Assembly (NCBI GenBank): GCA_049512315.1
Contig: JBEKXF010000012.1
Coordinates: forward strand, 1-64,000
DNA length: 64,000 nucleotides
Reading direction: 5' to 3'
From: Candidatus Aminicenantales bacterium
Lineage (GTDB): Bacteria; Acidobacteriota; Aminicenantia; Aminicenantales; Saccharicenantaceae
Part shown: positions 37,608 to 47,335 of the stretch, piece by piece
Layout: each line of letters begins with the position of its first letter
Position numbering within the stretch: the stretch's first letter is position 1
Position numbers and translations under genes: made by a program
Notes under the pieces: generated by a model
Told to the model about the DNA's origin: nothing
Database searches by the model: none
What the model saw: the letters and a program-made list of their open reading frames with translations, nothing else

Positions 37608-37756
37608 TCATGAAAGAGCCGCCCCAGGCGAAAAACGAAGATATGCAGAGCGATGAGCGAAGGCCGAGCCAAGGAAATTTACATTCTCCCCATCGATTTT
37701 ATACGGGATGGCCATCTTGGCTTCTCTGCCCCGCGTCCGTAATTCACTGCACGTGC

Positions 37757-37785
37757 TTGACCCGCCCCGCGGCCGGCGTTATATA
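37757..37785 (+). promoter_or_regulatory. Putative sigma70 promoter for the acyltransferase gene
   Basis: TTGACC-17 nt-TATATA upstream of ATG 37851. Confidence 0.5.
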
Positions 37786-37850
37786 TTTCCAGGGGTCGGT
37801 GGCTGTCGCCGCCCCGGATCTAAGGCATTAAAGATGAGTCAAAGCGGCAC

Positions 37851-38528
37851 ATGACGCGACCCAGGATGGGCTTCTGGTACCGGGCGGGATGGTCCTTCTT
37901 CCGGGCCGTCTTCGCCGCCTTTTTCCGTTGGCGCGTCTTCAATGCCGGCCGCGTCCCGGACGCAGGCCCGGTGATCCTGGCTGCCAACCATGCGAGCTAT
38001 CTCGACCCGCCGCTCGTCGGGTCGGCCCTGCCGCGGATGGTGGTCATGCTGGCCCGTCGGTCGCTCTTTCGCTTTCCCGGATTCGGACGCCTGCTCAGGC
38101 TCTGGCATGCCGTGCCCGTCGATCCCGGAAGCGGGTCCGCGGCGGCCCTGAAAACGATCCTCAGCCGCCTGGCGGCCGGAAACGCAGTGCTCATTTTCCC
38201 CGAAGGCGCGCGCAGCTTCGACGGCCGGCTTCAACCGGCCCGGGCCGGCCTCGGGCTGGTCGTGATCAAATCCACGGCTCCCGTCGTGCCCGTCCGGATC
38301 TGGGGCAGCCACGAAACCTACGGGCGGGGCAGCCTTCTCCCCCGCCCTGGGCGCATCACGGTCAAGTACGGCAAGCCGCTCGTCTTCAGCGAATTGCGCG
38401 AGGAGGCCGGCCGCTGTTCAAAGCCGCGTTGGAAAGAGATCTGCCGCGAGGTCGCCGACCGGGTCATGGCCGAGATCGCCGTGATGGAGCCGGTTCCGGA
38501 CAAGGAGCCACACGGGCCGGATCGTTAA
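37851..38528 (+). CDS. plsC: 1-acyl-sn-glycerol-3-phosphate acyltransferase
   Basis: NHASYLD (HX4D), FPEGARS, PVVPV.I.G motifs. Confidence 0.88.
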   Translation: MTRPRMGFWYRAGWSFFRAVFAAFFRWRVFNAGRVPDAGPVILAANHASYLDPPLVGSALPRMVVMLARRSLFRFPGFGRLLRLWHAVPVDPGSGSAAALKTILSRLAAGNAVLIFPEGARSFDGRLQPARAGLGLVVIKSTAPVVPVRIWGSHETYGRGSLLPRPGRITVKYGKPLVFSELREEAGRCSKPRWKEICREVADRVMAEIAVMEPVPDKEPHGPDR

Positions 38529-38613
38529 AGAACGTCAGACACTAAATAACCGCATGGAGCCTGGAGATTTGCGGCAATCTCAGCACTCGGCTGAAAATAA
38601 GAGAAAAATGGAA

Positions 38614-38699
38614 TGCCGGGGGCCGGGCTCGAACCGGCATGGGGCTTGCGCCCCGAGGAATTTTAAGTCCCTTGCGTCTGCCAATTCCGCCACCCCGGC
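38614..38699 (-). tRNA. tRNA-Leu (anticodon UAA)
   Basis: Minus strand GCCGGGGTGGCGGAATTGGCAGACGC-AAGGGA-CTTAAAA-TTCCT-long variable arm-GCCGGTTCGAGCCCGGC-CCCCGGCA; acceptor stem pairs; CCA not encoded. Confidence 0.95.
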
Positions 38700-38815
38700 G
38701 ACGGCTCATTTTTAACACGGTCGTGTTTGCCGGTCAAGGAATTCGCGAGCGCTCTGACGACTTCATGAGGCGGAAAAGGAATAAGCGATGTCCCGGGCAG
38801 TTGCCTCCGCTAGGG

Positions 38816-41800
38816 TCATCGGGCGGCTATTCGCTCCACGGTCCGCAAAGTCACGGGGCCCAGTAATCCGGACTCGACCAGCGGTTCGCCTTTCTTCCAC
38901 AGCCGCCAGCTCACGAACGTGAAACGGCCGGTCGGGCTCGGTTTTCCCTCCTGAACCCACCGCGGCCACGCCTTGAGCGTGCCGTTGGGGTTCCGTTCGC
39001 TGTCCTCGGGCAGGTCTTCGTCGCCGATCATCCGGTTGACCCAAAGATTCGTCACGCCGACCTCGAGGGTGTTCGGGCCGGGCGTCAGAACGCCGGTCAC
39101 GTCGACGCGATAGGGCGGCTTCCAGAGAACTCCCAGGTCCTGTCCGTTGAGCTTCACCCGGGCCATGATCTGGACCTTGCCCAGATCCAGATAAACGCGC
39201 CGGTCATCGCCAAACAACTCGCCCGGCGCGCTGATCGTCTTGGCATAAACCGCGGTGCCGGAGAAGTGCTTCAGGCCGGGGTCGCCGTGCTTTGTCCAAG
39301 AGACAAGCTTTGCCAGCGTCACCCGCTCGGGCGCCCCCCAGCCCGGCGGGAGCCGCAGCTCCCACGGGCCGGAGATCTCGACCATGGGTGTCCCGGGTGC
39401 GTCGGCGCGCAGCGTGCGGCCGGACGCCGTCTTCAGCTCGTAGCGGCCCGGTTGCCACGCTTCGACGAAGAGTCTCCCGTTCTCGTCCGAGCGGACCTCG
39501 GCCACGGGCTCGACGCCCGGGACGACGGGGAAGCTCACGGTCTCCGGGTCCCGGCCTCTCGCCTGAAGAGACTTCCCGCTCGCACTGTAATCCACGATCA
39601 GCGTTTTCACGACGCCGAAGGCCGGGTCGTCGCCCTCGGCCAGGCGCGCCACCTGGAGGCTCGTCTCGCCGCTGTCCAGGATCGCCTGGACCCGGGCCCG
39701 CACATCGCGGGAGCGCTTCGAATCGTCGAGGACCCCGTAGACGGCCTTCTCGACCATGATCCTCCCCTTCGGCCCGGCAGCCGGTGCGATCGTCCGGCCG
39801 TCGCGCGCGATGCTCACCACCGGGTCAAATGCTCCCGCGTTCCGTCGAAACACGACGAACACCGAGCCACTCGGCTCGAAGTGGACCGGGACGCGGGTCG
39901 TGCCGCCGGCCTCCTCGTAGATTGCCACGGGCTCGATCCGGCCGGTCTCCGGCCGCCAGAGCTCGGGGCGCTTGCCGGTGACCCGAAACACGCAGGTCGC
40001 TTCCGCCGGCTGTGGATTTCGGCTCGCCACGAAATAGATCTCCGTATCGCCGGCGCTCCGGTGGATCCACCGGACAAACGGCGGGGCCGAGAAATCCGGG
40101 GCCACCCCGAGCCCGGCGAGGACCTGCTCGGGCGACTTGCCCGTCAAGACCTTACCTCTGCCCCAGAGTTCGCCGGCAAGCTCTCGGACTTCCGCGTCGC
40201 ACTTCGGGTAACCGGCGAGGCCCGGCGATCCCGCCGGCCGGACCGGCCCGACGACCGTCGCGCCGGCCGCGACGAGCTCCTTGACCTTCCTAAGCAGCGC
40301 CGGCGTCATGCGGGTCGTTTCCGGCAGGACGAGCAGCCGGTAGCTCATGCCGTCGGGCAGGACAAGCCGTTCATTCTTGACCGTCATCCGGGTGAGGAGG
40401 ACCTCCGGCGTGCAGACGTCGTAGTCGTAGCCGGCGCGGTCGTGACCCCGGAATTCCTGGGGCGCGGCTTCAGGCTGAAGGTAGCAGATGTCGGCCACGA
40501 ACGTCCCTTCCCGGAGAAGGTCCTGGCAGCGCGCCAGGTATTCGTGCCACGGCCCCGACTCCTCCCACCAGGTATCGGTCCGCTCATAGTGAAGCCCCCA
40601 CGGCCCCATCGTCATGCCCGGCCGGTAGCCGAGCCACGGCTGCATCGCGTAGCGGTGGAAGACGAACCGGTTGACGCCTTCGCAAAAGGCCCGGTCGCCG
40701 AGCGCCTTGATGGTCGCGGGATGCTCGAGCCATCGCTCGCGGTCGCCGGCCGTGAACGACTCGGCTCCCAGGATGCGGCGGCCGTAGATATGTGCCGCCG
40801 AGGCCATCTGCTTCAGGGTTTCGAAGGCCCCGCCGCCGATCCAGAACTCGCCCATCGGCTCGTCGGCCCGGCCGCCGTACGTGATATCGTCGCACGGGCC
40901 GCCGTACGCTTCTATGGACAGGCGCAATCCGTGCTGGCGGGCGAGCTCCGCCATGTGTCCGGCGTAATTCTCGACGAGCAGGTCCGTGACGGTTTGCCGC
41001 AGGTCCCACAGGAACCGCTCTGAGATCTCGAGGCTGTCCACAACCCGGCCCGTGAAGACGGGGAGGTATGGCAGCGGGTCGTAAGCCCGCCGTTTCCGGA
41101 ATTCCTCCCTCATCCGCTCCGTCCAGTTCTGGGCCCCGTTCTCCCAACTGTCGATATGGGTCGCCACCAGCGTTTTGCCCGCTGCGGGGCCGACATCGGC
41201 GATGAGCTTGGCTATCATGCCGGCGAACTGGGCCTCGATACCCTCCCGGCTCAGCTTATCGCACTCGAGCCCGCGGCCGCTGGCCGGCGCCGGCGCGTTC
41301 TCGACCCCCGTGCCGGTGTGGCCGAAGCGCATGACCGTCCATTTGCCGGCCGGGACATCCCAGGCGAGATGCCCGCCCTTGTCCATCCGCGCGGTGAGGT
41401 CGACGATCCTGGCCGGGTCGATGGTCATCCCCGGCGGAAGCTTGGCCTCCGCCGCCGGCGGCACCTCCTTCCGTTCATAGAACGCCTTGCCCTTGATGGC
41501 GGCAATCCGGTACTCCCCCGGCGCCGGAAAGGCGAGGACGGCGATGTCGCGGTAGAACCCATGATCGGCCTCCGGCCGCGGCAGGCTCCCGTCGAAGCGC
41601 CGCGGGCCGGAGAGGTCGGTCCCCGTCCAGACGACTTTCTGCATGGACTGCTCGGGCTTGATCCAGGGGCCGCCGCTCCCGTTCCAGCCGGCGTCGTCGT
41701 TCATGTTCACTTCGAGCCCGAGCCGCCCGGCCTCGGCGACGGCGTGCTTGAACAATTCCCGCCAGCGGGCGCCCATGAACGCCGCCGGCCCCACGGGCGC

Positions 41801-42031
41801 GCCCTGGTCCACCTCCATGATCAGGACGCCGCCGATGCCGACCCGCTTCATGGCCTCGAGGTCGGCCGTGATCCCTTCGCGGGTGATGTTGCTGTTCAGC
41901 CAGAACCAGTAGACCCAGGGCCGGGCCGAGTCCGGCGGTTTGACGAAACCCTTGGCCAGGTCGTCCGCTCCCCGCGCGGCCCCCGCCAGCAGACACAAGG
42001 CCATGATCTTGGTCAGGAGTTGTTTCTTCAT
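38816..42031 (-). CDS. GH106 alpha-L-rhamnosidase-like glycoside hydrolase, secreted
   Basis: PP.SARP.VYWFW...NIT.EGITADLEAMK..GIGG, GW..SGGPWI, HIDSWE, EAYG, PMGEFW, AESFT, G.NRFVFH; C-terminal GH2-type sugar-binding domain (YLDLG...SGLLGPV). Confidence 0.9.
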   Translation of the reverse strand: MKKQLLTKIMALCLLAGAARGADDLAKGFVKPPDSARPWVYWFWLNSNITREGITADLEAMKRVGIGGVLIMEVDQGAPVGPAAFMGARWRELFKHAVAEAGRLGLEVNMNDDAGWNGSGGPWIKPEQSMQKVVWTGTDLSGPRRFDGSLPRPEADHGFYRDIAVLAFPAPGEYRIAAIKGKAFYERKEVPPAAEAKLPPGMTIDPARIVDLTARMDKGGHLAWDVPAGKWTVMRFGHTGTGVENAPAPASGRGLECDKLSREGIEAQFAGMIAKLIADVGPAAGKTLVATHIDSWENGAQNWTERMREEFRKRRAYDPLPYLPVFTGRVVDSLEISERFLWDLRQTVTDLLVENYAGHMAELARQHGLRLSIEAYGGPCDDITYGGRADEPMGEFWIGGGAFETLKQMASAAHIYGRRILGAESFTAGDRERWLEHPATIKALGDRAFCEGVNRFVFHRYAMQPWLGYRPGMTMGPWGLHYERTDTWWEESGPWHEYLARCQDLLREGTFVADICYLQPEAAPQEFRGHDRAGYDYDVCTPEVLLTRMTVKNERLVLPDGMSYRLLVLPETTRMTPALLRKVKELVAAGATVVGPVRPAGSPGLAGYPKCDAEVRELAGELWGRGKVLTGKSPEQVLAGLGVAPDFSAPPFVRWIHRSAGDTEIYFVASRNPQPAEATCVFRVTGKRPELWRPETGRIEPVAIYEEAGGTTRVPVHFEPSGSVFVVFRRNAGAFDPVVSIARDGRTIAPAAGPKGRIMVEKAVYGVLDDSKRSRDVRARVQAILDSGETSLQVARLAEGDDPAFGVVKTLIVDYSASGKSLQARGRDPETVSFPVVPGVEPVAEVRSDENGRLFVEAWQPGRYELKTASGRTLRADAPGTPMVEISGPWELRLPPGWGAPERVTLAKLVSWTKHGDPGLKHFSGTAVYAKTISAPGELFGDDRRVYLDLGKVQIMARVKLNGQDLGVLWKPPYRVDVTGVLTPGPNTLEVGVTNLWVNRMIGDEDLPEDSERNPNGTLKAWPRWVQEGKPSPTGRFTFVSWRLWKKGEPLVESGLLGPVTLRTVERIAAR

Positions 42032-42143
42032 GACTTATTTCCCCTTCCTTGGGCTATCATCACCGGTCCGATCGTCCCGGCTTCCCTGCGTCGAAACGGA
42101 ATCCTCGATCGGCCGCTCCCCCCCGACCGCCGAAACCGGAGGG

Positions 42144-42986
42144 TTATTGGCTGTCCGCCAGCTTCACGTCGACCGAGAGAGAATATCTCTTGGTATTCGA
42201 CGAACTTGGGCGCGACATGGCGTCGAAGGTGTCCAGGAATTCCTGGGACCAAGTCCTGCCGGTCCCGGACTGATAGCCGCTGTTCGACGCCTGGACTTCC
42301 CGACTGGCTTGGGTGCTGAGGCTCCGGTTCTCGACCCCTCCCCACTCGAATAGAACCCTGACGGTCGCTCCCGGCCCCGCCCCGATCCCCCCCGGGACGA
42401 ACTCCGGGGAGGCCAGGGGGATCCGGAATTCATAGGTCGCCTGGGCCGCCGATTCCGAGACGCCGAAATCCGGGGGATCGCTGTCCGATTGACGCCGGAG
42501 GGGTCCGAACGTGCTCCCCTTCGCATCGACGGCGAAGGCCATGAAGACCGCATGCCAGGCGGTTTTCCTGATCTCGGCCTTCTCCGCGTCCGTCAGGACC
42601 GCACCCCGGCTTTCTTGCCAAGCGATATATCCGTCGGCGGAGACGGACCTGCTCAAGAACAGGACGCCGTTCCCGGGCTTTTGGGCTTTCCCGGGATGGC
42701 TGAGGATCGTTATTCCCGTGGCGTCGAAGGCCTTCCGGGAATCGGGGTTTTTCAGGACGACCAGGACGTAGAGGTTCCGGCCGTCGTTCTGGAAAGCGAG
42801 CTCCGCGCCGGACTTCTTGTCCGGGGTGAAGCTGCCCAGGCGCCATTCGTCGGCCTGACCATCGATGCTGACGGGAGACAGGGCCCGGCGGCTTTCAACG
42901 GCCTGGACTTCGGGCAACGCGGCGGCCCGGGCGAAAACGGCCAGGACGACCGGCCCCATCCATCGAAGGAGCTTTCTCGCCGGCAT
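42144..42986 (-). CDS. Secreted hypothetical protein (DOMON/CBM9-like beta-sandwich)
   Basis: Signal peptide; 'PVSIDGQADEW...QNDGRNLYV...YEFRIPL' is typical of CBM9/DOMON-like folds. Confidence 0.6.
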   Translation of the reverse strand: MPARKLLRWMGPVVLAVFARAAALPEVQAVESRRALSPVSIDGQADEWRLGSFTPDKKSGAELAFQNDGRNLYVLVVLKNPDSRKAFDATGITILSHPGKAQKPGNGVLFLSRSVSADGYIAWQESRGAVLTDAEKAEIRKTAWHAVFMAFAVDAKGSTFGPLRRQSDSDPPDFGVSESAAQATYEFRIPLASPEFVPGGIGAGPGATVRVLFEWGGVENRSLSTQASREVQASNSGYQSGTGRTWSQEFLDTFDAMSRPSSSNTKRYSLSVDVKLADSQ

Positions 42987-43027
42987 GTCTTCCTCCCCGA
43001 AGGGATTGTATCACAGATCACGGCTTT

Positions 43028-45376
43028 TCAGCGGACGACGATCTCGTCGACGAAGACCCAGGACGGACCACCGGCCGAGACGTGCCAGTCGGGCAGACGC
43101 TTCGTCCCTTCGATGCGGAAACGGACAAACCGCACGGAACCTTCGAAAGGGCCCTTCCAGGCAAAGGGTCGGATGACTTCCTCCCCCTGGTGGTCGCCCT
43201 CAACCGCGATCGCGCCGACGTCGTGAAAGGAGGAGCCGTCGGAAGATACGGAGCACGCGACGCGGTCCGGATGAAGGATCCAGCTCCGGAAGTCCGAAAG
43301 CGTGCTCAGGGAGATCTCCCGCGCCGCGACCGGCTTCCCGAGATCGAGCGTCAGCGTGAAATCGAGGCCCTCCCAGCCGAGCCAGTGGACCTTGCAGTCG
43401 CTCGCCCCGCGGACGCCGTTCGTCAGGATGCTCAGGTCCCCGTTCGCGTACTTGGGCGAAGGCAGAGGATCAGCCGCGACCGGCCGCCGGAACGCCAGGT
43501 TGCCCTCGACCTGGACGTCGATGAAGCGCTTCGCGGCGTCATAATAATCCCTGGGCGTGAGGCCCGACTCGCTGAGCGTCCGGACCCCGCCCGCCTCGCA
43601 CCTCGCATAAAACTCATCGAGGAGGCGCGCCATTTCCGGCTTCGCAGAGAACCTCCCGTCCTTTTCGGCGTAGAAGCCGCGCGGCCCGAACATGTCGTTC
43701 TTGCCGATCTCGAGCATGGCATACATCAGGGGGAGCCGCGCCGTCCTCACCCGTCCGAGCACCGCGGGGTCGCCGGCCGCGGCAGCTTCCGCCTTGTCGA
43801 AGAGGGAGTTGTAGGCCGAAACGTCCGCGGCCGATAAGTAATCTCCCGCGTGGACTGCCGGCGGCTCGTAGATATCGAGCTTCCCCCCCGTCCGCTCGAG
43901 CGCCCCGCGCACGGCGTCGATGTCTCCCCGGATGAATGGTCCGGCCTTCCCGTAATAGCCGTTGAGGAATTCGTTCATCACGGCGCTCGCATCCGCCTCC
44001 GGGTTCCAGAGGAGTCGCGCCAGAAGGTACGACTTGAGCTCGCTGAACTCATGCCCGGGGCTCGTGTTGGTCTGCTGGAAATGCTGGCGGACGCCGTGGC
44101 GGACGAAGAAACGGATGTTGGGCTGGAGGACGTGGAGGTTCGGGAAGGGCGAGACGTGGTGCGAGAAATTGACCGTGTAATCCCAGAGATAGAGATTGCC
44201 GCAGATCCGGCTCCAGTCCTTGATATCGCGTACGAACGACCGGCTCGACGGGTCCTCGTCGATGGGCAGGCTCCGGTTGAGCTCGATCGTGCAGAGCATG
44301 ACCTGGACGTTCGGGGCCGGCGGGGTCAGGCGCGGGGCCGGGCGCGAATACTGGTAGGCCAGGGTCGAGATGGTCTTGTCCGGGAAGAGGGCGGCCACAC
44401 GGTTCACGAAGCGGATGACCGGCCCGGCCGGCGAGCCCTCCTCGTCGATCGTCTTCCGGCACTCGGGACACTGGCAGTAGGAGAGATTGTCGTTCTGGCT
44501 GACCGACCAGATTTGCTTATCCGGCTGGGCAGCCATCTCCTCCCTGAGCCTCGCGACGACGATGTCGAAGACCTCGGGCCGCGACAGGCAGGGCTGGTCG
44601 ATGACGCGCTTGCCGTTCACCAGGGCGAAATACTCGGGGTGGTCGGCGAAGTACGTCTGCCAGGGAACGAGCTTCTGGAGGGTGTGGACGTAATAACCCT
44701 TCCCGTAAAGGTCGTCCTGGACGTGGAGCCTCATCCAGTCCCGGTAATCCGGGTCCTGGGCAAACTCGCCGTAGACGATGCGCATGGCATTGACAGGATT
44801 ATCGAGGTCGAAGGTGCAGCCCAGGACGACGTCATCCCGATGGGGGAAGAATTCGACGGTCGGACTGTATTTGCGGCAGCCGAAATATTTTTCGAGGAGA
44901 TGGACGACTCCGTAGATCGCGCCCTTTCCGCTCCCGCTCACGATATAAAGGTTCCGAAGGGACGTGGCGATGATAAAGCCATCGTTGCGAAGGGAAGAGA
45001 TCTGGGACCTGAGCTCCGGGGGCAGGTCTTTTTGCGGGAAGCCGATGGCGGCGACGTTTTCGCGGCCGGGCTCGCCCGCCGTCCTGATCGGCACGACCAC
45101 GCCGCTCATCTTTTGAACGGATGACTGGAGGATCTGCGCGGCGCGCTGCTCGGTCGCGCCCGCATCGTTCGGGATCTCGATCGCGCCCACAGGCCGGCCT
45201 TTGTCCACAAAGACAAAAGCCCGCGAGCACGGGCTGGACTGGACCGGTGCCGGCGCCGGGGCTGTTCTGGCCGTCCCGCCGGGCGCACACGCCGCCGCCC
45301 AGACGAGCGCCGCCGCGAGAATCAGAAAAATGGGGTCGGGCCTCAGTATCTTATTGTTATTAATTAATTTAGTCAT
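43028..45376 (-). CDS. DUF4838 domain putative glycoside hydrolase lipoprotein with C-terminal discoidin-like domain
   Basis: Lipobox AAAC; GH67/GH20-type N-domain (DGF....GAIYGV..LLE); HPEYFAL..GKR, QPCLS.P, SVSQND...YCQC..C, LAYQY, WDY, LLWNP. Confidence 0.82.
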   Translation of the reverse strand: MTKLINNNKILRPDPIFLILAAALVWAAACAPGGTARTAPAPAPVQSSPCSRAFVFVDKGRPVGAIEIPNDAGATEQRAAQILQSSVQKMSGVVVPIRTAGEPGRENVAAIGFPQKDLPPELRSQISSLRNDGFIIATSLRNLYIVSGSGKGAIYGVVHLLEKYFGCRKYSPTVEFFPHRDDVVLGCTFDLDNPVNAMRIVYGEFAQDPDYRDWMRLHVQDDLYGKGYYVHTLQKLVPWQTYFADHPEYFALVNGKRVIDQPCLSRPEVFDIVVARLREEMAAQPDKQIWSVSQNDNLSYCQCPECRKTIDEEGSPAGPVIRFVNRVAALFPDKTISTLAYQYSRPAPRLTPPAPNVQVMLCTIELNRSLPIDEDPSSRSFVRDIKDWSRICGNLYLWDYTVNFSHHVSPFPNLHVLQPNIRFFVRHGVRQHFQQTNTSPGHEFSELKSYLLARLLWNPEADASAVMNEFLNGYYGKAGPFIRGDIDAVRGALERTGGKLDIYEPPAVHAGDYLSAADVSAYNSLFDKAEAAAAGDPAVLGRVRTARLPLMYAMLEIGKNDMFGPRGFYAEKDGRFSAKPEMARLLDEFYARCEAGGVRTLSESGLTPRDYYDAAKRFIDVQVEGNLAFRRPVAADPLPSPKYANGDLSILTNGVRGASDCKVHWLGWEGLDFTLTLDLGKPVAAREISLSTLSDFRSWILHPDRVACSVSSDGSSFHDVGAIAVEGDHQGEEVIRPFAWKGPFEGSVRFVRFRIEGTKRLPDWHVSAGGPSWVFVDEIVVR

Positions 45377-45443
45377 CGCAAAGGTCGCTTTTTTGGCCTT
45401 AACTCGTTACTTTTGACCCCGAAAACGACGAGTTAAGAATCCC
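45331..45443 (-). repeat. Family B 113-bp repeat, copy overlapping the start of the DUF4838 gene
   Basis: Gapless 80/113 identity (hand count) to 60331-60443; internal hairpin CTTAACTCGT...ACGAGTTAAG; ends CTGAGGCCCGACCCCA. Confidence 0.88.
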
Positions 45444-45552
45444 ACGGCAATTTAGTCCAAGATGGCCGCTCGCGTCAAATCAAATGGAAGGATCGCGCCT
45501 AGAACTAGTGCCCGGAGTCAGGCGGTGCCGGAAACGTTCGGCAAGTCCAGCG

Positions 45553-47313
45553 CTAGTATCTCCAGCTTTTGAGGTCCGCACCGGCCGGGGCGGTCTTTTC
45601 CATTCGCTTAACTGCGACGGGGATGTACATCTGGTGATACCGGAGGCGCGAGACGTAGTTCGGCTGACCGTGGTCGCCGTTCCAGCAGTGCTCGGCCCGG
45701 TCGCCGTAATCCACCTGCCCGTCATAATATGGATTTTTCGTGTTTTTGAGGAAGGCCTCCATCAGGTAGACCGCGTTGTTGAGGTAGAAGTTGTCCATGT
45801 CGCCGACATAAATATGGATCTTTCCTTTGAGCTTCGGGCCGAGGGTCTTCCATTCGGCTTCGAGCTTGTCGCGGAGGTCGTAGCGTTTCCAGGACTCGGC
45901 GACCTTGCGGTCGATCTCGCCGGTGAGCTTGTCCCAGATCGGCGCGGGATAGCCGTCGGGGCCGGCGGGACTGAAAACCGCCTGCCAGATGTCCCACTGG
46001 TCGCCCGATCGCGAATGGGTCCCGAGGGCGAGCTCGCGGTGGTTCGCCTCCTCGAGAGTCGTGCCGACCTCGCCCAGGTAGTTGCGGGTTCCGGGCCGGG
46101 GCGTCTTCTTCCACCGGCTGTCCACGTAGTAGGCGTTCCTGTGCTCGTAGATGTTGACGATCGTGTAGGCCCGGAAATCGATCGGGTCGGGGCAGGCCGC
46201 GTAGCAGCCGTTGAACTCGTCGGGGTAGAAGATCTGGGAGGCCAGGGCTTCCCAGCCGCCCGTCGAGCCGCCGTAGAGGAAGCGGGCCCAGCCCTGGCCA
46301 ATCCCCCGGTACTTCTTCTCGATATAGGGGATGAGCTCACGGACGATGGCGTCGCCGTAAGGGCCGAGGTTGGCCGAGTTCACGGCGTAGGAATCGTCGT
46401 AATAGGGGTTGGCGTGCTGGATCTCCATGACGATGACCCGCGGGAAATTCGGCCCTGTCCATTCCTTATAGAAGTCATACGCGTATTGTTCCTGGATCCG
46501 GTTGTATCCCGGGATGTGGAAGCGGTCGCTCCAGTCGGGCTCGAGCTTCGGGTCGGGCGGCGTTTCCCGGAATCCCGAGACTGTGTCAGGGAAATGCCCG
46601 TGGAAGACCATCAGCGGATAGCGGGCCTCAGGGTGGGAATCGAACCCCTCGGGGAGGAGAAGGCAGGCGCCGAGGCACATGGGCCGGCCCCAGAAGTTGG
46701 TCAGGAGCTCGCTCTGGATCTTCTCGTGCCGGACGTATTTTGTGTCCTTGGGCGGGGCGATAGGCGGGATCTCCCGGTCGAGAACGATCCTGACCGTTCC
46801 CGTCTTCGCCGGGTCGATGGTCATTTGGCGAGGAGCGCTGTAGAGGTTCCCGGGCGCGGCGTTCCATCTCTGGCCTTCGCCGCGGTCCATGGGCAGCTTC
46901 ACGACATGGCCGTCCGACCTGTGAAAGGTCTCGTAGCGATGGAGAAGGGCCTGGACGGAGTATTCCCCGGGCGGCAAGCCGGCCAGGCTCCGCAGCGGAT
47001 AGCCGAAGGCCGAGGCGTCAACCAACGCCTCTGCGCCGGGCGCGAGGCCGTCCACGTCAACCCCAAAAACGAGCTGGGTGTTCGGACCGTCGCTGATCTG
47101 GAAGCGCGGCTCGGCTTTTCCGTCGGTCGAGATGAGGAGGAGCAGCCGGCCGTCGAGAGGCGTCTTCGAACGCTCGGCCGGAAAGCTGACCGCAAAACGG
47201 AGCTCAGTGGACGCGGACGGGGCGCGGGACAAACCCCCAATGGCCAGGCCCGCCGTGAGGAAGAGCGCCGCGACAACGGCGATCTTCCCGGCGCAATAAA
47301 AAATACATCTCAT
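45553..47313 (-). CDS. Secreted putative esterase (alpha/beta hydrolase)
   Basis: S.LL..FWGR, LLP.GF..HP..RYP, SANLGPYGDA...ELIP.IE, GGSTGGW nucleophile elbow, GDMDNFYL. Confidence 0.82.
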   Translation of the reverse strand: MRCIFYCAGKIAVVAALFLTAGLAIGGLSRAPSASTELRFAVSFPAERSKTPLDGRLLLLISTDGKAEPRFQISDGPNTQLVFGVDVDGLAPGAEALVDASAFGYPLRSLAGLPPGEYSVQALLHRYETFHRSDGHVVKLPMDRGEGQRWNAAPGNLYSAPRQMTIDPAKTGTVRIVLDREIPPIAPPKDTKYVRHEKIQSELLTNFWGRPMCLGACLLLPEGFDSHPEARYPLMVFHGHFPDTVSGFRETPPDPKLEPDWSDRFHIPGYNRIQEQYAYDFYKEWTGPNFPRVIVMEIQHANPYYDDSYAVNSANLGPYGDAIVRELIPYIEKKYRGIGQGWARFLYGGSTGGWEALASQIFYPDEFNGCYAACPDPIDFRAYTIVNIYEHRNAYYVDSRWKKTPRPGTRNYLGEVGTTLEEANHRELALGTHSRSGDQWDIWQAVFSPAGPDGYPAPIWDKLTGEIDRKVAESWKRYDLRDKLEAEWKTLGPKLKGKIHIYVGDMDNFYLNNAVYLMEAFLKNTKNPYYDGQVDYGDRAEHCWNGDHGQPNYVSRLRYHQMYIPVAVKRMEKTAPAGADLKSWRY

Positions 47314-47335
47314 GATAACCTCCTCAGTCCGTTAT

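Noticed and set aside
38530..38815. tRNA-Leu as an integration site or intron host
   Set aside because: No integrase and no duplicated tRNA 3' end seen in the window; the anticodon loop is uninterrupted.
45398..45437. Family B hairpin as a simple intrinsic terminator
   Set aside because: No U-tract follows the stem on either strand, and homology to 60331-60443 extends well beyond the stem.
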